From Octopus sinensis (taxonomy: Eukaryota): a stretch of DNA of 64,000 nucleotides. The notes under the pieces were generated by a model that saw only the letters and a program-made list of their open reading frames with translations, ran no database searches and was not told the DNA's origin. Made by a program: the position numbers and the translations under genes. The DNA is taken from assembly GCF_006345805.1 (NCBI RefSeq), contig NC_043010.1, forward strand, positions 22,568,001 to 22,632,000. The letters run 5' to 3'. Positions 52,864-64,000 of the stretch are shown in pieces. The stretch's first letter is position 1. Each line of letters starts with the position of its first letter.

Positions 52864-53079
52864 CTATAAATCTAATATTTTCCTATCCTTCATTAATACC
52901 GGTCTCCATATGATGTTCATATCTGCACTCGGTCTGCTTAGAAGGTCGTTATGTCCTAGCATATGTGCTGCTTCTTTTAGCCTTCGTATTTTCCAGTGGT
53001 GTTCTCTGTTTATTATTTTAACTTCATCCCACAAGGTGAGGTGGTATCCATTTTTCCATACATGATCAGCTATACCCAA
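52864..53079 (-). pseudogene. Penelope-like GIY-YIG endonuclease C-terminal fragment
   Basis: GIADHVWKNGYHLTLWDEVKIINREHHWKIRRLKEA fits the PLE GIY-YIG tail (AxHxW..H..WDxVKII.RE....R.LKEA). Confidence 0.8.
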
Positions 53080-53142
53080 TTATCAATATCTCCTCGAAAA
53101 ATACGTTAAGAATGAGAACCCAGGTTCGAAATTTCCCCTAAG

Positions 53143-53186
53143 ACACCTCATGAATGCTGGAGGGTATATCAGCCGAAACGTTGTGT
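53143..53186 (+). ncRNA. Minimal hammerhead motif, mutated core
   Basis: ACAC-CUcAUGA-AUGCUG..CAGCC-GAAA-CG-UU-GUGU; the inverted partial copy at 52694-52710 retains CUGAUGA. Confidence 0.6.
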
Positions 53187-53921
53187 TAACAACAGACAAG
53201 ATGCGGACAAATATCCGTCAAATATAAATAATGTAAATAAAGAAACTGGGGTTAGTGAAATAATGGAACCAGTAGATGGCGCGAAAATAAGGGAGTTGAC
53301 CGAATGGAGATTACGTTGCAGTATTAGTTCGAGCATGTGTGTATACTCTGAGATTAATTACTTTGACTGTATACATAAAATACTACATTGATAATTACAA
53401 ATGCGTTAATTAGAGAAAAAAAAACATGGAGATATCTCGGAGTTTCGAGTCCGAAATAGGAAATTTTCCAAATAGAAATTAAGTTGGCTAATTCGTTTCA
53501 CCTGAAAAGATTTGCATTATTAAAAAATAATTCCGAAGAAACAATGTCCCGTGAGTTCTGATTCGTATTTAGGGTTAAAAGCGTATGATTAAGGTTTCGA
53601 GTTAAGGTTGGGAGGTTAGGATAACGATTGCATTAAAATCAATAATTTCATTTTGCATAAATTATTTAATTAGAAAAATTTTCCATCTCAAACGTGTGTG
53701 CGGCGGGGGGGTGGGTAGCTGCTATAAGCATTAAAGTAACAATTTCATAATGTTGACTGTTTTAAACGAGGGAAAATATTCTTTTTGTAGTTTTGTATTT
53801 TAGTGGGAAGTAATGTTTTTTTTTAATGCACTTCCAATTTAAAAGTGTCCTAATCGTGAATATGATGCCATTTTTTTCTCTTTCGTGTCATAATTACTAT
53901 TTAATGTGAAGTACTGAACGA

Positions 53922-54560
53922 GGTCGGCGATCTGGCAGAAACGATAGCACGCCGGGTGAAATGCTTAGCGGTTTTTCGTCTGCCGTTACGTTCTGAGTTC
54001 AAATTTCGCCGAGGTCGACTTTGCCTTTCATCCTTTCGAGGTCGATAAATTAAGTACCAGTTACGCACTGGGGTCTATGTAATCGGCTTAATCCGTGTGT
54101 CTGTCCTTGTTTGTCCCTTCTGTGTTTAGTCCCTTGTGGGTAGTAAAGAAATAGGTATTTCGTCTGCCGTTACGTTCTGAGTTCAAATTCCGCCGAGGGC
54201 GACTTGGCCTTTCATCCCTTCAAGATCGATAAATTAAGTACCAGATGCGTTCTGGAGTCGATCTAATCGACTGCCTCTTCCCACAATATTTTGGGCCTTC
54301 GTTTCTACTATAGTAGAAACGAACTGTTGTAATGAGCTGGCAGAATTGTTAACTGACCGAAGAAAATGCTTGGTGACATTGTTTCCGGCTCTTTATGTTC
54401 AGAGTTCAAATTCCACCGAGGTCAACTTTGCCTTTCATCCTGTCGGGGATTAGTAGAATAAAGTACCATTTGAGTACTGGGGGACGGGGTGTCGATTATA
54501 TCGACTTGTCCCCTCTCCCAGAATCGCTGGCCTTTGTGCCAAAATTTGAAACCATAATTC
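53922..54560 (+). mobile_element. Three tandem SINE family B units
   Basis: GAGTTCAAATT..GAGGTCGACTTTGCCTTTCATCC-type cores at about 53995, 54180 and 54402. Confidence 0.88.
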
Positions 54561-54819
54561 GGCTTAGAGTCTCTTTGGGTCTTAATCCAGCTCTGTCCTT
54601 CTTCTTACAGTAGTGATTGTTATTCTCAAAGTCCGTTGGTTCCTGATTACACTCGTCCTAACAGACGAGTGAGTGACTCGAACCGCTTGCCTTTCTTTCA
54701 TAATGTCGACTGTTTTCAACGTCGAATGATCGATAGCTTTTATTGAATACATTCTTATTTTAAAAGCATCCAAATCGCAACTATACCGGCATCTTTTTTG
54801 TTTTTGTCCTCGTTAGTCC

Positions 54820-55237
54820 CAGGCATGGCTGTGTGATAAGAGGCTTGCTGTCCAACCACATGGTTCTAGGTTCAGCTCCACTGCGTAGCATCTTGTGTAA
54901 GTGTCTTCTACTACAACCACGGACCAACCAAAGCCTTTGCGAGTGGATCCAGTAAACGTAACCTGAAGGAAGCCCGGCGTATAATGTGTGTCAGCGTGAG
55001 TGTGTGCGTGTGTGTGTGTGTGTGTGTGAGTGTGAGTGTGTGTGTGTATACCCACTGCTTGACAACTGGTGTTCGTGTGTTTAAGTCCCCCATAACTTAG
55101 CGGTTCGGCATAAGAAACCGATGGAATAGGTACCGGGATTTACAAAGACATAAGTCCTGGGATCAATTTGTTCGACTAAAAATTCTTCAAAGCGGTGCCC
55201 CAGCGTGGCCGCAGTGTACTGACTGAAACAAGTAAAC
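54820..55237 (+). mobile_element. SINE family A, full length
   Basis: GGCATGGCTGTGTGATAAG..GGTTCAGCTCC..GGCCGCAGTGTACTGACTGAAACAAGTAAA. Confidence 0.88.
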
Positions 55238-55509
55238 GGTATATGTAACAGGAAAAGGAATTGGCTGGTTGTGGTTTAAAAAATTTCAGTTTTCCCCCTT
55301 TTGTTCGTCTCCCTCAACTCCGTTTCCTCGATATTCTTACGCCTGCGTCTGAGACAGACGTGACAAAAGGCGGGGAAAAAAAACAAAAAAAAATTACATT
55401 TGGTGATCCCAGAGTTTAAGCTTCGTAACAGGAAGTTTTCGAAATGGAAATCATAATGGTCGATTCCATTTAACATGCAAAGGTATCCATTGCCAAAATG
55501 GTCGAAGGG

Positions 55510-55912
55510 CCGGCGAGCTGGCAGATTCGTAAGGACTCCGAGCAGAATGCTCAGAGGCGTTTTGTCCGTTTTTACGTTATGAGTCCAAATATAGCTTACA
55601 AATATGAGCAAATACCCTTTTGATGTTGTTGAAATTCCATGAAGGAACCTTGGGTCTAAGTTAGAAACCAACTCCTTTGTCCATTGGAAAGTAATCTAGA
55701 AATAGACCTTAAGAATAAAGGTGGCGAGCGGGCGGAATCGTTAGCCTTCCGGACAAAATGCTTAGTGGCATTTCGTCCGTCGTTACGTCCTGACTTCAAA
55801 TATCCGCCGAAGTCGACTTTGTCTTTTATCCGTTCAAAGTCAATGATCGACTGCTCGTACCCCTCCCCTCAAAATCTGCTGGCTCTGGGTCAAAATTTGA
55901 AACCAATATTGA
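55510..55912 (+). mobile_element. Two degraded SINE family B heads separated by a short repeat also seen at 42125-42220
   Basis: GGCGAGCTGGCAGA at 55512 and GGCGAGCGGGCGGA at 55723; GTTGAAATTCCA..CCTTGG.TCTAAGTTAGAAACC is shared. Confidence 0.65.
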
Positions 55913-56219
55913 AATAGCTGAGAGGTGGGGTGGGAAGTAAACTGTAATCTTTTATATTTTACGAGTTTCAGTCATTAGACTATGGCCATGCTGGGGCACC
56001 GCCTTGAATTTTCGTTAAATCAATCCCTCCAGTACGTTTTTTTTTCAAAACCTGGTACTTGTTTTGTCGCTTCTTTTGCCGAACCGCTAATGTTATATGA
56101 CGTAAATACATGAACATTTGGTTATCAATGCAATCGACTAACACCCGCCACCAAAATTTCCGACCTTGTGCCTGTCATAGAATGTTTTTTTCCAACAACC
56201 TGTTGCACGTATATCAAAT

Positions 56220-57170
56220 AATCCTTTCCACCGGAAGCACAAGGCCTCAAATTTTGAGGGAAGGGATTAAGTCAGTTACATCGACCCCAGTGCGCAACTG
56301 GTACTAATTTTCTCGACCCCAAAGGGATGAAAGGCAAAGTCGACACAGGCAGAAATTGAACTCAGAACGTAGCGGCAGACGAAATACCTATTTCTTTACT
56401 ACCAACAAGGGGCTAACAAGGACATACAAACGGATTAAGTCGATTATATCGACCCCAGTGCGTAACTGGTACTTATTTAATCGACCCCAAAAGGATGAAA
56501 GGCAAAGTCGACCTCGGCGGAATTTGAACTCAGCATTTCGTCCGGCGTGCTAACCGTTCTCGCAGCCTTCTAGGTATATGAAATCATAATAATCCTTTCT
56601 ACTATAAGCACAAGGCCTGAAATTTAGGGTAAGGGGACAGTCAATTCCATCGACCCCAGTACTCAACTGGTATTTATTTTATCGACTCTGAAATGATGAA
56701 AGGTTAAGTCGCCCTCGACGTAATTTGAACTCAGAACGTAACTACGGACGAATGCCCAGAGTGTTACCGATTCTGCCAGCTCTTCACCTTAATAACGACG
56801 ATCGTTTCTACAAAAGGCACAAGGCCTGTAATATTGAGGGTGGATAGACCCCCAGTGTTTCACTGGTACTCAATTTATCGACGCCTACACGATGAAAGAC
56901 AATTTCGACCTTGGCCGAATTTGATCTCAGAACGTAGTGTCGGGCGAAATATCCATTTCTACACAAGGCACAAGGTCCGAAATTTTGGGGGAGGGGGCCA
57001 GTCAATTAGATCGACCCCAGAACACAACTGGTACTTAATTTATCGATGCTAAAATGATGAAAGGCAAAGTCGTCCACGAGGGAATTTGAACTCAGGACAT
57101 AAAGACAGACGAAATACGACTAAGCAATTCACCCGACGTGATAACGATCCTGCCAGTTCGCCGCTTTAAT
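56220..57170 (-). mobile_element. Array of five head-to-tail SINE family B units
   Basis: GACCCCAG..ACTGGTA..TCGA..GATGAAAG..TTGAACTCAG module repeated five times. Confidence 0.85.
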
Positions 57171-57653
57171 ACTAATAAAGATATTAAAGATAATACAGAC
57201 GAGTAGAACTAGACTACACAGTGGTCAGAGTATGCCGTAGCTAGATTGGAACACGGCACAACCAAAAGATTAACCTGTTTGCTCTGTGGTCCTCAGTGAA
57301 TTGGATTCATTGTCTATCTGGGACAATACATCAGTGGAACATACCTTGTCACATTACTGAGAGTCCATATGCTAGAGATAGCCCTTGGGTTATACAAAAC
57401 ATTGATAAGAAGATTGTGTGTGTGTGTGTATATATATACATATATGCATATATATGTGGGGGGTGGTATACACACACAATTGAAAAAACTTGGTGTCAAC
57501 AAAGCGTACGGTAGGGCATTTATTTTCAATCGCTACAATTTTCCCGGCAGATCTTTTCACTTATCTATCCATAGACGACAGAAACCCAAAACCGAACCAA
57601 GAAGTAAGTATACTAGGATTACTACCGGATCGCACAGGGTGAAGTCTGAAGGT

Positions 57654-57709
<56 letters not shown>

Positions 57710-57796
57710 AAGTTAATCCAAACAAGAAAACACAGAAAAAAAGAGAAAAAAAAGGAGAAAAAACACAGCAACGCAGGACGTGGAACAATAAAGTAT

Positions 57797-57861
<65 letters not shown>

Positions 57862-57883
57862 CATACATGTATATGTGTATTAT

Positions 57884-57939
<56 letters not shown>

Positions 57940-57942
<3 letters not shown>

Positions 57943-58102
57943 TGCAGGAGTGGATGTGTTAAGTAGCTTGCTTACCAACCACATGGTTCCAGGTTCATTC
58001 CTATTGCATGGCACAAAGAATAAGTCTTGGGGTTGATTTGTTCGACTAAAGGTGGTGCTCCAGCATGGCCGCAATCAAATGACTGAAACAAATAAAAGAA
58101 TG
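57940..58102 (+). mobile_element. SINE family A with an internal deletion (head fused to tail)
   Basis: ..ATTGCATGGCAC|AAAGAATAAGTC.. junction at about 58014. Confidence 0.8.
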
Positions 58103-58114
58103 AAATAATATGTA

Positions 58115-58678
58115 CGTGGTCTGATCAATAAGTATCCGGACTATTGCCATAGTAACGAAGCTTAAGCAGGAGGGTAGCACAATCTTGGCAGACACACGTC
58201 TCATACCCAAATCTTCAATGATAATGGACTGAACTGAACCATAACTAATCTGCACATCCTGTGATAACTCATGGATAGGGATTCGACGATTTCCCCTCAC
58301 AGCTGCACGCACATCCGCGATGTTTTACTCAATTCTTGTTGTTGCGTGTCTCTCCGAACTTTCATGAATATCGACATTTTTTCTGCCATCTTGGAAACGT
58401 TTGAACCACTCGTACACTTGAGTGCGGCTCATACACTCCTCTCCATACACTCTCTGCAAGTTTGCGTAGGCCTCTGAGCAACTTTCTCTGTCATGGTCAA
58501 TACGACGATCCCAAATTCCTTCGAAGCACTGCTGCAAACAGCAGAAGTGAGCTAGAAGTTAAATTTCAGTACGTATGCACAACAGAGTTTAAGGTCAATC
58601 TGTACCAAGCGGCTTCACTCTGCATGCTTTAGTTTCGTTACTATAGCAACAGTCCGAATACTTATTCATCAGACCTCG
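58115..58678 (-). mobile_element. Internally deleted mariner, same family as 20858-21725
   Basis: TIRs CGTGGTCTGATCAATAAGTATCCGGAC / GTCCGAATACTTATTCATCAGACCTCG; EAYANLQRVYGEECMSRTQVYEWFKRFQDGR and IIIEDLGMRRVSAK helix-turn-helix regions. Confidence 0.88.
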
Positions 58679-58692
58679 TGTCTGTGTATAAT

Positions 58693-59090
58693 CTTGTTTC
58701 AGTCATTAGACTGTGGCCATGCTGGGGCATCGCCTTCAAAAAATTTTAATTGAATAAATCAATCTCATTACTTATTCTTTTGTTATGCCTGGTACTTATT
58801 CCATCAGTATCTTTTGCCGAACCGCTAAGTTACAGGAACGTACACACATCAACACCGGTTGTCAAGCGGTGGTGGGAGTACACACACGCGCGCGCGCACA
58901 CACAAACGTATATATGTATAGATTATATACGTCAGACTTCTTTCAGTTTCCACCCTCCAAATCCACTCATATGGCCTTGGTTGGCCCGAGGCTTTAGTAC
59001 AAAACACTTGCTCAATGGAGGAACTGAACCCGGAACAGTGTGGTTAGGAAGCAAGCTTCTTACCACACAGCCATGCCTGCGCTTTTATAT

Positions 59091-59125
<35 letters not shown>

Positions 59126-59345
59126 CATATATGCGTATATACATACATATGTGTGAGAGAGAGAGGGGGAGGGAAGAGAGAGAGAGAGAGAGAGAGACGG
59201 TCGTCTTTGTTTTTCTGTCTACCAAACTCACTCACAAGGCTGTAGTCAGTCCTGGCCTATAGTAGCGGGCACTTGACCAAGGTATCACGAAGTTAGATTG
59301 AACCATGAACCACGTGGTGAAGAAGCAAACTTCTTATCACAGTCA
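58693..59345 (-). mobile_element. SINE family A full copy plus an extra 5' half
   Basis: Full copy at 58693-59082; head at 59205-59345. Confidence 0.85.
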
Positions 59346-59527
59346 CATATGTTAAAACAAAGAAGAAGAAAAAACTTTTTAAAGTAACCACGCAGTGGGG
59401 GCCGAACCCGAAGCCTCGAGATTACGAAACGACTGTCTTAACCGCTCTGCCACCCTGCATCCATCACAGCCATCCTTAACATTGATCTTGTTCTATTTGC
59501 TGTGTGTGCATGTGTGTGTGTGTGTGT

Positions 59528-59564
<37 letters not shown>

Positions 59565-60418
59565 CAGCAGCAGCAGTTGCTATTGATTTTGTAGTTGTTT
59601 TGTCCCGGTCCGTCCTGATCTAGCAGACCTCTTAATCAAGGGTGTTCTAGCCATGACCTCCTCGTTTTTTCATGCACTGTCTACCCCCGGTCTACATAGT
59701 GCGAAGTATCCTGGTCAAGACCAGCAGAGATCGAACTGAGTGAGGTTTGGCAGCTATGTCTAACAAACGAGTAGCTACGGTGTCGTTCCCATCACCGCTG
59801 TTCCTGACGATGTTTTCTCAGCGCTCGCTGACGCCATCGCAGTTGTGTAACCATCGGTCTGTTCCTTTCTAGTAGACCTGTGGTCAAAACGATTCCAGCC
59901 GTGACTCACCCGTACATTTTAGTAAATCCATAACATTATCGAAAAAAAGAGATTAAAAAAAAACCTTTTGTAATGATTCAAAGGAAATGTAGCTGCTATT
60001 TCTAGCTCGACAACAGCATCATTGCTGCTGGTGGTATTTATGTTATCGTAGCCGCTTCTTAGTGCTGCTGCTGCTGCTGCTACTGCTGCTACTGCTCTAG
60101 TTGTTGATTAGTGCTGCTGCAGTTGCTGCTGCTGCTGCTGCTGCTGCGCTGCTGCTGGTCGGTTGTTGTTGATACTTGCTTCCAAATATCTCGGCAAACC
60201 GCTCGTTCGGTATGAAGTACCGGTATTTCTCGTCGTCGCCCAAATCGGAGTGCATATATTATCATTATTGTTGTTATTATCACTACAATATACACATTCT
60301 GGTCACTTAAAACCAGCACATAAAATACACCTCAAAAAAGTACAAAAAGTATATATATAAAAAAGAAATTCTACATTCATTCATACGTATACCTCCATCC
60401 GTGTGTGTGTGCGCGAGC

Positions 60419-60463
<45 letters not shown>

Positions 60464-60949
60464 GGATGTATGTATAATACGTATTAAAAAAAAAGAAAAA
60501 ACACCATTGCTGGGTTAAGCACACCTAAAAAAAATAGCCAAAAAGCAAAACATACCTCATAGAAAGAGAGGGAAAAAGAAAGGTGAAAATTGGACGGATT
60601 TATCCAAAGGACATGACAGACAGGTAGAAAGAAAGAAAGAGAGAGAGAGAGAGTGATAAAAGAAGAGAGAAAGAGAGGGCGAGGGGTAGAAAGAGAATCA
60701 CCTCCTCCTCCTCCTCCTTTACTTCATCTCCTCCCACCTCCCTCTTACCTACATAGGTGCATATTTACACGCATATATACATATATGCATATATACATAT
60801 ATACGCAGACATTTCTACATTTCTTCGTCTCTCCCTGCAGCCCTTACTTATAAACACACACACACACACACATATACAAACACACATACAGTATATAATA
60901 CACAGCTATATGCACACATAAACACACTCACAACGCGTGCACAGATATA

Positions 60950-60989
<40 letters not shown>

Positions 60990-61348
60990 CATATATACAA
61001 GGACTCATAGACACGCATGTGTATCATTACTAATAGAACCCACCATCAGCTCCACGTTCGCCCATCCCGTCGAGACTGAGAAGAAAGTAAAACAACAACA
61101 AAAAGAAAAAAGAAAAATACAACGACGTAAAGATAGTTATTCAATGTGTTACGTGCCTATCTATCGATCTATCTAATCGTCTACCAATCTATATATCATC
61201 AATGCATAGATTGATTTCATTGATTGATTAAACACGCTCTCACAGTAATTCACTATTTCATAACATACACATACAGTATACCCGAACACACACATACATA
61301 CATACACCACACACACATACAACATACATACATATATACATACATACA

Positions 61349-61406
<58 letters not shown>

Positions 61407-61612
61407 TATATATATATAATATATATCCAGTACAGATCTGGGAAGACCATAGTTCGAACGAGGATTCAAAATATACAATTATATAGGGTGTATATATTTA
61501 TTGTGGTAGTGAGCGGCCCTCTAGAGAACACATCCGTTTCACAGGTGTATATATAAATTTATATCATATAGAGAGCTCAACAGAGCACGCACTTTTCTTA
61601 TTCATATATATA

Positions 61613-61669
<57 letters not shown>

Positions 61670-62287
61670 GTGTGTATGTATAGGTCCGTAGATTTTACAC
61701 ACACCTGTTTGGGATTCCTACCTATTTGCAAGTATACCAATCTATATATATCTATACAGTGATATATAGACAGGTAGATCGATAGATCGATACAGTTACA
61801 AACACACACACAAAAACACACATAGATAGATACATATATAACACTTTTTAAAATTTGAGTTTGTTTTCGCTGTTTTTTCGTTGCCGCCAGTCCGAGAGAA
61901 AGAAGGAAGGAGTAGGAGGGGAGGAGGAGGAGGAGGTGATAGGTGGTGGGGAGGAGGTACGTGGTGTGAATCAGCAGTGGTGTAGTAGTAGTAGTAGTGG
62001 TGGTGGTGGTGGTGGTGGTAATAGTAGTTGTGGTGGTGGTGGTGGTGGTCGTAGTAGTAGCAGTTGTGAGAAATGACGATGGAGGAGGCTGCGGCAACGG
62101 TGTTGGTAATAACATGGCTGGCTGGAGTAAAACCAAAAAAGTAATTTAAAAAAATAAATAAATAAATAAATATATAAATAAATAAATAAAAAAAACAGAA
62201 AAAATATATTTGCTGAAGAGAAAGAAAAAAGCAAAAAAGAAATCAAAAACAATGAAAGTTTAAACAAACAAACAAACATAAGCAATT

Positions 62288-62314
62288 ATGACATCAGTCA
62301 GACATCCATTGGAG
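62288..62314 (+). CDS. Candidate first coding exon end (MTSVRHPLE) of an unknown host gene
   Basis: ATG followed in frame by a consensus donor GAG|GTAAGT; possible upstream acceptor at 61890; no homology evidence. Confidence 0.25.
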
Positions 62315-62676
62315 GTAAGTTCGAATTTGTCTTGTTCCCAATATTTTCATACGCCTTCGAGAGAATATGAGAATGGAAAGAGAAAGTGTGTGTGTGTGTG
62401 TATGACTGAATACGTGTGACTAAGTTTGTGCAGTTTGCGTATGTATATATATTTATGTATATGTGTTGCTATGACTATGCATTTCATAATTTATGTCTGT
62501 ATGTATCAATTTATTTGTCTCTCTCTCTATATATATATATACATACGAGGAAGCAGTATGACTGAACCCGTATATACATCGATTATATATATACCCGCAC
62601 GCACTTATGCGTAATGTTTGTGTAATGTTTAGTGATACAAGCAGAAAGAATAACGCTCAAAACATGAGTATATAAA

Positions 62677-62709
<33 letters not shown>

Positions 62710-63023
62710 TTCAATCGGCAAAAGTTGCAGAGTGCCTCAGGTACCGACAGCTTCGTTCATTGGTACTTATTAATCCATACACACACATACATGCGTGCAT
62801 ACATACATACATACATACATACATACATACATACATACATACATGCATACATACATACATACATACATACATACACACAACGTAACGCGAATATATATAC
62901 TGCAACAGAAGTTCTACACATAGTTTATTGCAATGCGAGACTGAGATATACGTGTCTGTATGTAAAATAGACATCGTAACATCCATACACATACAGTGTG
63001 AACTTGGATTGCAATTTTTTCTT

Positions 63024-63115
<92 letters not shown>

Positions 63116-63629
63116 TGTGTGTGTGTGTGTGTGCATGTTTCAATGTGAATGTGTGCACGCGTGTCAACGTATACACGTGTGTATGAAACTACGAGCGTTC
63201 ATATATTTATGACTCCGCAGCATGCGTAGGTATGTATGTTGGTGCGTACCGTATATATATACGTGTGTGTGTGTGTTTATGGAGTGTAGAATATAGACGA
63301 ACAAAAGAAAATATCAATGTTGTATGTGTACATACAAACACACACACATACGTAGATAGCTGTTTACCTTCCATCGAAGGTGTGTGTGTGTGTGTGAATT
63401 TTAGTTATTCTAACCGCAATCTGACGATAGCTTAACTGACAGAAATTTCGAAGTCACTGTCAACAATATTCTCGCTTCATAATAATAAACTTGTACCTTA
63501 CAAAAACATTGACTAATTCATTAGATAAATGAAAAATTGTTTGTACTATAACGGAGCATAAAACACACACACATGGATAGACACACACACATGCATATAT
63601 ATATACACACACATACACACACACAAATG

Positions 63630-63669
<40 letters not shown>

Positions 63670-64000
63670 CCAATGTACTAAGTGCAGTCTTTTCGCTATT
63701 GTGCTGTTTCGCGCAAAGCACACACGCAGAGAATGCTAAACTCCTGCATACCATGCATACCGTCGATCCACACATACTCAACGCGTATCACTCCGATGCA
63801 TGCTGAAGTACGTAGCAGCCATAGACGTAGATAAATGACAGCATTACACCCAGGCACCACTTCGTAGACATATTAATACGTAAAACTAACACGCTCGTAT
63901 ACTTATATACATAACCACAGAGACACACACAAATTCAAACGGACACACACACACAAACACACACAAACACACACACACACACTCACACACACACATGCTC

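Larger units (their letters stand above)
52694..53240 (-). mobile_element. Penelope-like element 3' end with an inverted pLTR
   Basis: GIY-YIG ORF remnant flanked by inverted copies of ACCCAGGTTCGAAATTTC..CACCTGATGA (52694-52740 minus; 53095-53240 plus). Confidence 0.8.

Noticed and set aside
59383-59453. tRNA-like sequence on the minus strand
   Set aside because: A/B boxes are present but the cloverleaf is poor and it resembles the SINE A head; not called a tRNA gene.

Overview
This is eukaryotic, AT-rich, non-coding DNA saturated with microsatellites ((TA)n, (CA)n, (GA)n, TAGA/TACA, triplets). Nearly all ORFs in the track are microsatellite translations. The repeat families look like octopus/cephalopod ones (recognition, not verified). 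The window holds three tRNA-derived SINE families, a near full-length mariner pseudogene, other Tc1/mariner and hAT derivatives, palindromic MITEs, and fragments of Tx1/L1, RTE, R4/Dong and Penelope-like (GIY-YIG) retroelements. The most striking signal is a set of type I hammerhead ribozyme (HHR) motifs in several unrelated short elements, most of them in (TA)n tracts. (1) A ~469-bp tandem repeat carries one intact HHR per unit and folds back exactly at the predicted cleavage site (42361-43646; retrozyme/pLTR-like). (2) A ~235-bp-arm palindrome is centred just 5' of an HHR (15227-15697). (3) A Penelope end reads GIY-YIG ORF, tRNA-like Pol III head, then HHR (52694-53240). (4) Several motifs have variant cores (CCGAnGA, CUGUUGA). 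No host protein-coding gene is firmly visible; one candidate first coding exon lies at about 61891-62314.
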